Below are positions 25,301 to 34,518 of a stretch of DNA of 44,007 nt, piece by piece (position 1 is the first letter of the stretch; each line of letters starts with the position of its first letter). Origin of the DNA: a phage; sequence record PX907401.1; one strand, 5' to 3'. The notes under the pieces were generated by a model, which saw only the letters and a program-made list of their open reading frames with translations, searched no databases and was not told the DNA's origin. The translations under genes were made by a program, and so were the position numbers.

Positions 25301-25814
25301 TTGTTTTACCAACGGCGGCGAAGGTAAACTCACGCGGGTCGGCATTATCCGTATACACAACGATCTTATAGTCGATGCGCCCACCCACCAGGTCGCCATT
25401 ATCTTCGCTAGTGTACAGGGCAGGAATGCCGATGCGAACACGCACGGCGTCAAGACTGGTGTCGGTGATCTGGCGCACCCACGGCGTACCGTTTTCCAGT
25501 TTTACACCGACGGATTGCTCACTTTCCACCGCTGAAAATCCGTGGATCACATCCTGGTGCTGTGTGCCGGGGCGGAACTCCACGCGCGCTCCGGGGAAGT
25601 TTTCGGACAGGTCTGCGTTCTGGATCGGTGTTCCGTCCAGATATACGCGCTGCCGTAATTCGCTGGCGCTCGTAATGCCTTCGAATTCCCCTTCCCCCAG
25701 CGCAAGCAAGATGCGGATTTTAGCCAGCGAATGCAGGCTATCTGGCGTCTCCTGTGGGGTGTGCTGTTTGCCTCCGCCGCCTTTATGGCCTGTGACGTCG
25801 TATACAATCGTCAT
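22395..25814 (-). CDS. Central tail fiber / host specificity protein (lambda J-like)
   Basis: 1139 aa; position after the I-like gene; N-terminal region typical of J-family proteins. Confidence 0.8.
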   Translation of the reverse strand: MTIVYDVTGHKGGGGKQHTPQETPDSLHSLAKIRILLALGEGEFEGITSASELRQRVYLDGTPIQNADLSENFPGARVEFRPGTQHQDVIHGFSAVESEQSVGVKLENGTPWVRQITDTSLDAVRVRIGIPALYTSEDNGDLVGGRIDYKIVVYTDNADPREFTFAAVGKTMSLYERDHRIELPPNVNTGWRVEVHRITADSTSAKVVNDIRVQSITEIIDARLRYPLTALLFVEFDAKAFQNIPRVSIKCKGRKVLIPNNYDPINHTYSGDWDGTFKRAWTDNPAWHWYDICITERFGLGRRIKPQMLNRYALYQIAKRCDQLVSDGNGGQEIRFKNDMYIQSQTDAWTVLKDLAAIFAGMTWWGNQMLNIVSDQPVAAVSHTITNASVIDGRFDYASGSQKTRYSTFAVAYGNPKNHYEDAIATGQRVELVRRHKINRLDITAIGCTRESEAQRRGHWALISNQLDQQVSFKVGMEGLFFIPGSVVAIADTNISGGFEIRGGRLLSDPGTRTVLNTDSEITFRPGDKFLVRTDSGNVETREIASVNGNKVTLKTALNADPIPDQPFCVDGDDIQLQKFRITDLEYDDSTSTFSVRGIEYNDSKYDAVDNGARLDPGIFTQVPDGVMKGPESVTITPSQISSQGQLITNVDIVFPPVKDAVVYEIQWRRTSLQNMAIQWGNDWVNIPRTASNGAHIPNVFSGNYQARVRAIGMGEISSPWVSSAITPVDGRLGGLNAPIITNAISGLHQILWKWNHNNAATDISYTELEVRKTGETEWKFLTNVPYPGAEYAQTSLEFGIYQQLRARVADKIGNLSDWSDPFEGQVSDKVDEYMKGLDDEFLTSEDGKHFQDAIDTIPQGIYEAMLTDAQQLFNARAEYKGIYAEIKVAYNVAADAHKAVSQLETLIGTRLDDAEAAIHTLQTAQSTHEQAFAQYQQTVAAKFGEQEAAIQQVQTATADVAGALAEYKTQVAAQFGQQSAAIEQKMTSSFNHAGGSATYSLKAGVTYKGTYYDAGMQLSVVVEGGAVKSRIAFKADQFYIMHPSNGSLSSAFIVDGGQVYIDTARIKNASINFAQITDTLQSNNYDGSTRGWRLGKDGTFINLGTGSGGGTKQTNTNYSVKDENGVLRVQIGELTGRW

Positions 25815-26428
25815 TCGTTCAAGTCCTCGGTTACGATTCCGGCTGAAATAATAGCGCCGCCGATCTCACGCTCGCCCCATAATACACCAAGTGCCGTACC
25901 TTGTGCGGTCGTGTTTACCGGTCCGCCGAACGCATACGACGCTTTGTTATCCACGTCCTGCCGGGTCTGCAATCCTTTCGGCTGTGGGGACAGCAATTGC
26001 ATAGCACCGCCCAGCGCAAGCGACATGCCGAACGAAAATGTAGCCGTACCGATAGCGGCAGCGGTTGCAGCCGAAGCCCCGAAAGCGGCAGTAGCAAGTC
26101 CGCCAGTATAGAACGACGCCACTACAATCGCGACACCCGCCAGCAATTGGCCCAATCCTCTTTTTGCGCCAGTCATAACCGGCGCGATGGTAACGACGCG
26201 GTCGCCGTGGAACTCGCCTAGCTCATCGTAGCCGGTCATGGTGTGATTGCCCTTGCGCACTTTGAACATCATGTTGTCCAGGTGGGCCGACATTAGAAAG
26301 TCCTGTAAGCCGGGTAACTTCACACACAGGCCGGTGATGCCTTCGCCTGGTGTGAAACAGTCCAGCTTATGCACTTTACCAAAACGACGTCCTAAGACGC
26401 CGTACAATTTAAATGTGGTCATTGCCAT
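25811..26428 (-). CDS. Tail assembly protein (lambda I-like)
   Basis: 205 aa; conserved position between the K-like and J-like genes; Gly/Ala-rich C-terminal half. Confidence 0.7.
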   Translation of the reverse strand: MAMTTFKLYGVLGRRFGKVHKLDCFTPGEGITGLCVKLPGLQDFLMSAHLDNMMFKVRKGNHTMTGYDELGEFHGDRVVTIAPVMTGAKRGLGQLLAGVAIVVASFYTGGLATAAFGASAATAAAIGTATFSFGMSLALGGAMQLLSPQPKGLQTRQDVDNKASYAFGGPVNTTAQGTALGVLWGEREIGGAIISAGIVTEDLNE

Positions 26429-27159
26429 TCTGTGATATTCCCCGGTAGGTCTTTATGACGTACCCATTTAACCACATTGTCGCGGAAAAATCCTGCCCGG
26501 AAGGGGACGACGCTAGACAGGCTGCCGTAGATATGGTGAAGTAGTTGGTTGCCTGGGAGGAAGATTCCAGCGTGGTTTGGCACTGGTGCGCTGATCTGCA
26601 TGATGACCATCGCCCCCGGCGTATTCTCCTCACACTCCCGGAAGCCCGCGCCATACCAATTGTCCATATACAGGTTTTCGCCTGTCTCCCACCAGTTGTA
26701 CGGTACACGGAAGTCTGGCAGGTTTACGCCCTGCTTTTTATGCCAGTCCATAACGAGGCCGTAACAGTCCGTAATTCCGAGAACAAATCGGCGACCCACC
26801 AGCGGCGGGTCTTCCGGGTCGATCTCGATAAAGTCGCCATACTCATTAGTAATTGTCCAGACGACGCCGCTGCCGTTGCATCCGTTAACGTCGCCCAATG
26901 ACGGGGTTAGCTCGCGCTGACCTGGGTGCGAGTGGACTACGCGCACGACGTCGCCCATATCCTCGGCATCCATCCAGGCCATATCGCTAATTGTAAACGC
27001 GTCTTTGCGCGAGCGCACGCCGGTCGGGTCTTCGAAGACGTTCAGGCACGGGACGAATACTTGCTTACGACCCACCATGACAACCAGGCCGCAGGCTTCT
27101 TCCGGCAGACATGCCGCAACGTGTGCGGCGATATCGCTTTTAACCTTTTTTGTTAGCAT
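26419..27159 (-). CDS. Tail tip assembly protein (lambda K-like; MPN/JAB plus NlpC/P60 domains)
   Basis: 246 aa; EACGLV...HSHP (JAB/MPN-like) and DCYGLV...H (NlpC/P60-like Cys-His). Confidence 0.8.
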   Translation of the reverse strand: MLTKKVKSDIAAHVAACLPEEACGLVVMVGRKQVFVPCLNVFEDPTGVRSRKDAFTISDMAWMDAEDMGDVVRVVHSHPGQRELTPSLGDVNGCNGSGVVWTITNEYGDFIEIDPEDPPLVGRRFVLGITDCYGLVMDWHKKQGVNLPDFRVPYNWWETGENLYMDNWYGAGFRECEENTPGAMVIMQISAPVPNHAGIFLPGNQLLHHIYGSLSSVVPFRAGFFRDNVVKWVRHKDLPGNITEWQ

Positions 27160-27161
27160 GG

Positions 27162-27950
27162 CTACCCCTTAATTAATTTGGACCCAGGAAAACCGCCGAA
27201 GTCCAACACTGCGGCTTTGGGGTCCGCAAGACCTTGACCAAAACGAAGATAGCAGTCCGACAAGCATCCGCCGCATCGGTCCATATTCATCGAGATGACT
27301 TCGTTTCCGCGCTCGTCGTAGTATTTTATGCCAGGCTTCGCAAGGTTCCACGTGCAGCCGTCCCCGCTGGCGTACTTCCCATTTAACGCCCATTCGCACA
27401 TGTTCATGATCTGGCGGCGGGGAACTACTTGCCCCTCCATATCCGCAGGTGAGGATAGCGCAAAGGTGATCTGCTTGCCCGGATTGCGACCGACCTGTGA
27501 GTCGATGTAATACTCCTGGACACGTTTTTGCGTCGGGTCTGGATCCGGCCCATCGTCCAGGAACTTCGCGAACGTATCAATGATCTCAACCTTCGCGCCC
27601 AGTAGCTGGTCGTGATTCAGCGACAACCGGGTGATGATTCCGCCAATATCAACGATGGTCAGCTGTGGTTCTGCTGCCGTTGATGTGGAGAAGTTGAGGC
27701 CGGACAAATCGAAGGGCCAGAATTCGAATTCCTGCCCGCCGAAGAAGATGGATTTAGGTTTTAGCTTGTCCTCGTCACCACCCGCCGCGGCAATATCCTC
27801 GGCAGTGTGCGGAATAAAGCAATAGTGAAAATAGTGATGACCCGCGCCGATAGCGCCGTCTCCCGGCTCCACGTCCTGCGCATCAATGTGAATCAGGCGA
27901 ACGCGTCCAGATGGGACAAAGCGCGTCGCCTCTCGGTATAGTTTATTCAT
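27162..27950 (-). CDS. Minor tail protein (lambda L-like)
   Basis: 262 aa; C-terminal cysteine cluster DRCGGCLSDC typical of L-family tail tip proteins. Confidence 0.75.
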   Translation of the reverse strand: MNKLYREATRFVPSGRVRLIHIDAQDVEPGDGAIGAGHHYFHYCFIPHTAEDIAAAGGDEDKLKPKSIFFGGQEFEFWPFDLSGLNFSTSTAAEPQLTIVDIGGIITRLSLNHDQLLGAKVEIIDTFAKFLDDGPDPDPTQKRVQEYYIDSQVGRNPGKQITFALSSPADMEGQVVPRRQIMNMCEWALNGKYASGDGCTWNLAKPGIKYYDERGNEVISMNMDRCGGCLSDCYLRFGQGLADPKAAVLDFGGFPGSKLIKG

Positions 27951-28585
27951 CTTACGAATCCAATAGCTGTTTTAAGGGTGGCGGACACCGTTGCCGTGTT
28001 ATGCCCGTTGTCGGTGTACGACAAGCTCGAACGCTCGACCACGAATAAACCTGTTTCGCCATCCGGCGCGGTGACGACAAACGGCTTGACGAAGTGCCCG
28101 CGAAGGAAGTTGTAAACCAGTTTGGGGTTGCACCACTTGTCAGTAGTCAGCCCGATGAATTGCACGGGGAACTGTTTCGTTTCGGCGTTCGGGCCGTCCG
28201 CGATGTTCTGACCGTAACCGTTACCGAATTGCAATTCCTCGGACCGGAAAGCCAACTGCACGTCTCCGCCGCCTTGCAATTGCATGTGCCAGTAATAAGG
28301 CCATTCGTTTGACCGCGGGTCGTGCGCTTCGATTAGCTCATAAGCCGCACCGGCTTTTGTCGGTCCTGCCCAGTTATCAGCCAGGGTGATGACGGTGTTA
28401 GAGTTGAATGCCGCAATTTTTCCGGTGTAGTCGTTGCCGTCGATGCGGGTAAATACGCGGACCTTCCCGATCTCGCTCAGGAACGCCGTTCCCGCGCCCG
28501 TGACGGTCTTACTTCCCTTAGTTAGTGTGATTGTACCTTGTGCCATAAAAAAGCCCCCACGTTGTAGTGAGGGCCATTTTATCAT
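27947..28585 (-). CDS. Minor tail protein (lambda M-like position)
   Basis: ATGA overlap with the tape-measure stop; alternative internal start at 28546 (MAQGTITL). Confidence 0.5.
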   Translation of the reverse strand: MIKWPSLQRGGFFMAQGTITLTKGSKTVTGAGTAFLSEIGKVRVFTRIDGNDYTGKIAAFNSNTVITLADNWAGPTKAGAAYELIEAHDPRSNEWPYYWHMQLQGGGDVQLAFRSEELQFGNGYGQNIADGPNAETKQFPVQFIGLTTDKWCNPKLVYNFLRGHFVKPFVVTAPDGETGLFVVERSSLSYTDNGHNTATVSATLKTAIGFVR

Positions 28586-31215
28586 CGTTTGTAAAGTACA
28601 CCACCCGGTTTCGTCGCCTTCACGATCTCGGCCTTGACCGACTCAGTGATTTGCTTTCCGAACGCCTGCGCGGTGCGCGGGTCTGGTCCGCTAACACTGG
28701 TATCCGTCTTACCGGTCCCCATGTTAACGTTGGTCGTTACAATCATTCCCCCTACACCACCGGCAGCGGCAACTCCCAGTTTGCCGTCCGGGCCGCGCTT
28801 CAGTGGCATGATGGCTTCGGGGCCTGCCTCCCCCATCAATCCTGCGCCCTTAGCGAACGCCTGGACGCCATAACTGAAAAAGGTTGGCTGGCTTACCACT
28901 TGCCCCGAATAGGCTGCGAGATTGCCTCCTGCGTACGCTCCGCCGTCCGCATTCTTAGTGAGGCCGGAGAAGATAGCGCCGAACAATCCGTTTTTGCCGC
29001 CGAAAGCGCTAACGATGGACTTGAACGCCTGCGATGTAGCCAGCTTGATTAATTCGCTCAGGATGGACTTTACCATTTCCTTTGCGTTCAGCTTGCCAGT
29101 CTCGAAAAACTCGTCCATCGTGTCCTGCATAGCGCCGAACGTGAATTTTGTGAGTGACGACATCTGCATATAGCCGTTACCCATTTCATCAACACTATCG
29201 CGAAGCCCGCGACTAAATCCATCCCATAATGAGGCGTTAGCACCGGTCTGTGCTTCCTGCACTTCCCGCAGCGTAGACACCGCCTTGTCGATAGCGGTAT
29301 CACTAGCGCCGACACGCTGCAAGCGGTCTATTAGCTGCAATTCTTCGCGCAGGTTAGCCGCTTCGCGCGTAGACAGTGCGTAGCCCGCAGCGGTGGCCTT
29401 TAGCTCGGCGTTCTGATTCTTGAGGAACGCGTCGACCTGGGACTGGGCTTTGATCTGCTTCTCTTTCGCATCCAGTAATTTGGCTTCTTCGACAATCTGC
29501 TCGCGCACTTCCTTCACGCGCCCAAACTCCGCCATCTGCTGCTTTTCCGCTGCCGTTAGTACCCTTTCTTTGCTTGCAGCGATTAACTGCTCATTATCCG
29601 CGATCAGCTTGTTTAGTGCCGCTTGCGCGCGTTGCGTGCGGGTCTGCGTCGATGCGTTGGCTTCGATCTGCTTTCCAGACTCACGAAGCTGGGCTAATTC
29701 GCTTCGCGCGACTTCCAGCATTTTCAGCCCGGCATCGACTCGAACTGCCGCCGCTTTTTTTGGTGCGGGGTCTTTGTAACGCTCGTTGACCTGCTTCACC
29801 GCCTCAGCAAGCTCTTTCTCGTCAATCACGCCGCGCTTATTCAGCAAATTTAGGCGGGCGATCTCGTCTGCTCGCCGCTTCGCGTTGGTTGCGTACTCCT
29901 TCTCAAACGCGGCGCGGTCGCGGGCGGTGCGGTTTGCCTCTTCGTTCGCCTTTGCTGCTTCGTCAGCGGCACTTGCGTTGTCTCGCTCTGCACGGTTGCG
30001 CAGGGTGAGCGACGCCACTACTTTTTCCTGGGCTACCAGTTCGCTGTAAAGCATGTTAATACGCGCTTTCTGCGCTTCGGTCATCACCCCACCGGCAGCG
30101 TTTACCGCTTTCATCTCGGCATAGTAAGCCGTGGTCAGTCGCTGCAATGATTCACGCGCTTTCATCTCTGACTCATTCGAGGACTGCGCGCGCCCGACAT
30201 CCAGGATGGCATCCCACATAGATTTAGCTGCCGATGTAACGACGTTCATCGACCGCTCAAGCGTACCCATGTTGGACTTGATCTCATTGGTCATAGTGGT
30301 AAACGACGCTGCGGCTGTTTTGTTAGCCAGCGCCACCGCTTCGGTTTCGCGACCAGCCGTCACTAGTGACTGCACCTGCTGGATCTGCGCTTCGTTTACG
30401 ACGTGATACTTATCCGCCAGCGCACGCAGTCCGCCAACGGGGTCGGTTGACAGCTTCGCCACCGCCGCCACCACATCCTCGATCGGCTGGCTGGACACCT
30501 TCGCAAAGTCATTAACTACCTTAGCCAATGCGCCGAAGTCACCACCCGCTTTCACACCCGCCGCCGCCAGCGCCTGGATTGTGTCACGCGTCTTGCGGAA
30601 TGATCCGCCCATTCGCTCGGCGTTCTCGGATAACACCAGGATCTGGTTTGCAGTGAGGCCGGAAATGTTGCCGGAAAGCGCCAGCGTCTTGTTAAGCGCG
30701 GCGACCTGGTTCTCTGCGCGGGACGTAATTGCCACGCCCACGCCTAACGTTGCCGTTACGGCGGCAAGGCCGATCCCTACTGGGCCGAGGAATCCCGCAA
30801 CATAACGCAGCGTGTTACCCAGTCCGCCGAACGCCCCAGTTAACTGCGGTAACTGCTGAAGCATAACGCGGTGTACTGGCATCCCCATCTCAAGCGTAAC
30901 TGCGATATCCTGTAACTGGAATGCGGCGTTACGCGAGGCAAAGCCCAGGTTTTTGGTCGACATGCCTAACCTGTTGGCGAGTCGTTCCTGTTTCGTCATG
31001 CCATCGGCGGCGCGCTGCGATTCGTTTGCCAGCTTTTCCATTCCGCCCGCGGCGTCACTCGTCACCTTTTTGGATTTGCCGAGGGTGTCGTTTAATTTCT
31101 TAACCTTGTTTTCTGTGTTCTCGGATTTCTGTGCGAAGGAGTCCAGCACAGTATTTGCCGTTCTGATTTGTGCAACATCAGCCTTCAGCGTGATGCCTGC
31201 TGCTTGATCTGCCAT
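28582..31215 (-). CDS. Tail tape measure protein
   Basis: 877 aa, largely alpha-helical with coiled-coil character; hydrophobic Gly-rich C-terminal region; follows the G/GT chaperone. Confidence 0.85.
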   Translation of the reverse strand: MADQAAGITLKADVAQIRTANTVLDSFAQKSENTENKVKKLNDTLGKSKKVTSDAAGGMEKLANESQRAADGMTKQERLANRLGMSTKNLGFASRNAAFQLQDIAVTLEMGMPVHRVMLQQLPQLTGAFGGLGNTLRYVAGFLGPVGIGLAAVTATLGVGVAITSRAENQVAALNKTLALSGNISGLTANQILVLSENAERMGGSFRKTRDTIQALAAAGVKAGGDFGALAKVVNDFAKVSSQPIEDVVAAVAKLSTDPVGGLRALADKYHVVNEAQIQQVQSLVTAGRETEAVALANKTAAASFTTMTNEIKSNMGTLERSMNVVTSAAKSMWDAILDVGRAQSSNESEMKARESLQRLTTAYYAEMKAVNAAGGVMTEAQKARINMLYSELVAQEKVVASLTLRNRAERDNASAADEAAKANEEANRTARDRAAFEKEYATNAKRRADEIARLNLLNKRGVIDEKELAEAVKQVNERYKDPAPKKAAAVRVDAGLKMLEVARSELAQLRESGKQIEANASTQTRTQRAQAALNKLIADNEQLIAASKERVLTAAEKQQMAEFGRVKEVREQIVEEAKLLDAKEKQIKAQSQVDAFLKNQNAELKATAAGYALSTREAANLREELQLIDRLQRVGASDTAIDKAVSTLREVQEAQTGANASLWDGFSRGLRDSVDEMGNGYMQMSSLTKFTFGAMQDTMDEFFETGKLNAKEMVKSILSELIKLATSQAFKSIVSAFGGKNGLFGAIFSGLTKNADGGAYAGGNLAAYSGQVVSQPTFFSYGVQAFAKGAGLMGEAGPEAIMPLKRGPDGKLGVAAAGGVGGMIVTTNVNMGTGKTDTSVSGPDPRTAQAFGKQITESVKAEIVKATKPGGVLYKR

Positions 31216-31278
31216 TGTGCAGTCCCCTTTTTTATGCAGTTGCCGACTGTCATTGTATCAGCGAATTTCAAACAAACC

Positions 31279-31452
31279 TTATTCAGTCTCAGACGAGGGG
31301 GGCCGTTGACCCCCGTCTAGTCTGAAAGACTGGGCTTTGTCCCGCTTGTCCCGATCGGCTGAAAACCGCGGCAGCACTGGCGGGGATGGGGTGCTGTCCC
31401 GCTTTGTCCCGCCCCCTGTTTGTCCCGCTTTCTGTCCCGTTTGGTTTATGCA
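31279..31452. repeat. Dispersed repeat element, copy B (see 3450-3623)
   Basis: Same orientation as copy A; lies in the intergenic gap between the GT stop (31512) and the tape-measure start (31215). Confidence 0.85.
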
Positions 31453-31511
31453 CGAAATTCGAATAGGTATGCACATTTCATGGGTGGGACAAAACGGGAC
31501 GTCCCGCTTCA

Positions 31512-32203
31512 TTATGCGGGGTTCTGCTGCGCCATCTCATCAAGCGCTATTCGTTCCATTAGCTTGATATCTTTAAACGCGCGCTGTTCGTTTTCGATAC
31601 CGTGCATCTTAAATAACCACTCCAGCACGCCGTAGTCGATGCCGTATGCGCCACCAAATCCGGTGCGCCATTGCGTGGAGCAATCTGTGAAGACTGCGAC
31701 TACCTTCGCGTTGTCGGGCCACAGCGCAACAGGTGGACAAACATCTTCGGGGGCCGCGCCCCATAAACTTGCGGCTAAATCTTCGGAGGGTGGCGGCGGG
31801 CCATAAAAGCGTCGCGCCGCCTCAATTAGTTTTTTTCACGCAACCCCATCAGTTCGAGATAGTACGACGTGTGGAACACACCGAACGCGCGTGGATAGTT
31901 GACCACCAGGCGGCGGACGTTCTCCGCGTTAAATTCGTCCGGCAGATTCCAGCCTTCTGCGACGTGCATGATGGCCTCGACCATAACGTTAAAGCCGTCC
32001 GGGTCATTGTCGTCATATTCCGACAGCTTGCGTTCGGTGTCCTGCATGGTCTGCGAAAACTCGTCGATCGGGCGGTGGCGTACGGTAAACGTCATCTTGC
32101 CTGGTTCGATCTCACCAGGGCGCGGGATCTCAATCGGCAGCTTAAAGGTTGGCTTAGGGTCAAGTGTGAAGAGTGGTGCTTTAGCCATTGTAGTATTCTC
32201 CAA
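31512..32203 (-). CDS. Tail assembly chaperone GT-like fusion made by programmed -1 ribosomal frameshift
   Basis: Hand translation of the -1 frame after the slip gives a stop-free 105-codon extension (LIEAARRFYGPPPP...EMAQQNPA) ending at 31512. Confidence 0.65.
31826..32203 (-). CDS. Tail assembly chaperone (lambda G-like)
   Basis: 125 aa between the major tail and tape-measure genes; ends ...MGLREKN with slippery heptamer A AAA AAC just before the stop. Confidence 0.75.
   Translation of the reverse strand: MENTTMAKAPLFTLDPKPTFKLPIEIPRPGEIEPGKMTFTVRHRPIDEFSQTMQDTERKLSEYDDNDPDGFNVMVEAIMHVAEGWNLPDEFNAENVRRLVVNYPRAFGVFHTSYYLELMGLREKN
31829..31835 (-). other. Slippery heptamer A AAA AAC for -1 frameshifting (G to GT)
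   Basis: mRNA reads CGU GAA AAA AAC UAA; X XXY YYZ aligned to the zero frame. Confidence 0.65.
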
Positions 32204-32257
32204 TAAAAAAGGGGCCGTGCTGGCCCCATATTATCACTCGCTATTTAAGCGACCAAA

Positions 32258-32983
32258 TCAAGACAATGCCTCGACCAGATCCTTACGGTAGATAACCATA
32301 TCAGACTGCATGGTCAGAGTGGATTGTACCGTTTCCACGTTGTTTACTTCAGCGGACGGAATCTTCTGGAAAGATACCTTAGCTGGGTAAATACGAATCT
32401 CACCTTTGCCGCTTGCTGCAGCTGGGTTAGTGAACTTAATCACAGTGGTTTTCTGTGTGTCGTCCAGGTCTTCCAGGATTGGGCGGATCGGGTCTTCTTC
32501 GTCGTGGGTGAAGGTGTAAGTCTGTACCAACGGGTTTTTCGTGGTGTTCAGACTGATCGCGGTATTCACCTGTAACGGCTGGAAGGTAGTCGTCTGCTGG
32601 TCGCCACCAGACACGGCAACGTTAGTAATGTAAGGGAAGTCGATAAAGCCCGACACCTTCACCACTTCGCCCGGAGTGCCTACGCTGAAAGCGCCGGTCG
32701 GGTATTTTGTGACGTCTTTGGTGTCGAAGCGCGCCAGCGTAACGTCGTTGATGTCCACTTTACCCACGATGAATGCGCGGTTAAGCGCTCGGACCCACGG
32801 GGTTTTAGTGAACATAACAACGTCGCCAACAACCAGACCATGCGAAGCCGCGCAGGTAATTACGCAACCTTGCGTAAGGTCGGAGATCGACGCGGCGGCG
32901 TTGGTAGCTGCCGTAACCGCGATGCCGCTGCCTAATACGGACCCGATCTGGACGCTGGACCCGTTGGGAAGTTGATAACCCAT
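32258..32983 (-). CDS. Major tail protein
   Basis: 241 aa; located directly upstream of the G/GT chaperone pair. Confidence 0.7.
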   Translation of the reverse strand: MGYQLPNGSSVQIGSVLGSGIAVTAATNAAASISDLTQGCVITCAASHGLVVGDVVMFTKTPWVRALNRAFIVGKVDINDVTLARFDTKDVTKYPTGAFSVGTPGEVVKVSGFIDFPYITNVAVSGGDQQTTTFQPLQVNTAISLNTTKNPLVQTYTFTHDEEDPIRPILEDLDDTQKTTVIKFTNPAAASGKGEIRIYPAKVSFQKIPSAEVNNVETVQSTLTMQSDMVIYRKDLVEALS

Positions 32984-33043
32984 AATAAAGCTCCTGTTTA
33001 GATATACGGTTTAATGATACAGCACGCGCAGAATTGCGCCAAA

Positions 33044-33466
33044 TCAGGCGCAACAGGTGTAGGGTACTGTAACCACGATGCGGGCGCGATCAACATCCTC
33101 AATCACCGAACTGGTGTATGGCGCGTCTTGAAGCTGGAACGCAGCGCCGGTAAGCCTTACGGCCTGCCACTTGTCAGACGTCGCGATGGCGTCCGCCAGT
33201 TCGCTCGCATACTGTGTGCCAGTGCCCGCAGGAAATACCACGGCGACCTGATACACGCCTGCATAGATCCGGCCCTTCTGCTGGAAGCCAACAAACTGGG
33301 TCGGGGCCGGAAGCAGATATGGTTCCAGGTAGACACCGCTGCCGTTTGCGTGGTCGCCGCTCACGTTCTCCCAGTTAACCTTTATCGGGCGCGTGCTAGT
33401 GCTCAGGCTTACCGATAACTCTTCTACTACGCTGTTAAGCGCCTTGCGGATTAGAGTATTGCTCAT
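33044..33466 (-). CDS. Tail terminator-like protein (lambda U position)
   Basis: 140 aa; gene order. Confidence 0.45.
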   Translation of the reverse strand: MSNTLIRKALNSVVEELSVSLSTSTRPIKVNWENVSGDHANGSGVYLEPYLLPAPTQFVGFQQKGRIYAGVYQVAVVFPAGTGTQYASELADAIATSDKWQAVRLTGAAFQLQDAPYTSSVIEDVDRARIVVTVPYTCCA

Positions 33467-34059
33467 TATTTCACCTTCGAATTGATTTCTGCCGCTACGA
33501 CGCGAACAATCCCCGCGGGCGCTTGTTTACTCCAGCCATACTCTAGGCGCTGCGCGTATGGCACGTTGTTAGTAAACCAGATCGACCCGTATTCACTCGA
33601 ATCGTAATGTGCCAGCACTTCACGCCCAGCGGCTAATGTTGCCGTTCCGGCCTTGTCCACGCGGTCAATAGCGCCCACAGCCGGGCGGTCGAACGTCACT
33701 TGCCAGTTCCCCCGGAAGCGCCCCCCGGTGTAATTCTTCGCGGCCCAGCCGCGCTGGCGGAACGTGACGTTGCCGTTTTTAGTTTTGAATGACACCAGCA
33801 CACTGGCGTGCTTCTTCTGACCGCGCTTCAGTTTGCCGCCATTCTTGCGACGCTGTGCGGCGTTCACCTTGTTTGCGTGCTGGCGGGCGAGCGCGTAAGC
33901 CCTGTTAATTTTCCATCGGCGCGGGTCGCCCACTGGTGAGATCTCGATCAGGCGTCCGAGTATTTGCATACCGTACGCCCGCACCGCCTTGTCGTTGTTC
34001 TCCTTCGTCTTATCCACCCACGTAGCAATAGTGGCGGCGAACGAGTAGACTTCAGCCAC
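33466..34059 (-). CDS. Tail completion / neck protein (HK97 gp10-like position)
   Basis: 197 aa; gene order. Confidence 0.45.
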   Translation of the reverse strand: MAEVYSFAATIATWVDKTKENNDKAVRAYGMQILGRLIEISPVGDPRRWKINRAYALARQHANKVNAAQRRKNGGKLKRGQKKHASVLVSFKTKNGNVTFRQRGWAAKNYTGGRFRGNWQVTFDRPAVGAIDRVDKAGTATLAAGREVLAHYDSSEYGSIWFTNNVPYAQRLEYGWSKQAPAGIVRVVAAEINSKVK

Positions 34060-34060
34060 G

Positions 34061-34423
34061 TTAGCCCCTTAGCTGTAGTTGAAACAGCATGGTCTGGCCC
34101 GCCGGTTGCAGGGGGTTGGGATTGATAACCCGGTAGTCTGTATTGTTCAGGCTAACCAAATCCCCGACCTTTACCTGCTTGACGGCCTGACACAAAAACT
34201 TCACATCACCGGCAACGATACGCGTCCCGTCGATCTCGCTCGGCTTGTACTCCTCTCGAAGACCGATGACGTCGAACGACGTTGGCGGGATTATCACTTC
34301 GTCGCCGTCTACGCGGTCAACCGACCCCGGACGCGTCACCGTAGCCATCATGCCGAATTTTTTAATCAGCGGATTCACTTTCCGCTTTAATCCTGCGTAA
34401 TTAAAGCCCGCCATCTTCTTCAC
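34061..34423 (-). CDS. Head-tail joining protein
   Basis: 120 aa; GTG start at 34423; gene order. Confidence 0.45.
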   Translation of the reverse strand: MKKMAGFNYAGLKRKVNPLIKKFGMMATVTRPGSVDRVDGDEVIIPPTSFDVIGLREEYKPSEIDGTRIVAGDVKFLCQAVKQVKVGDLVSLNNTDYRVINPNPLQPAGQTMLFQLQLRG

Positions 34424-34518
34424 TCTCCTGTGCCTGTGGTACTGGTTCTGGCTCCGGTTGTTCTGGTTGCCGTTTAGCGTTGGCGGCGATAATCGCCGCG
34501 AGTGATGCAGGATTCATA

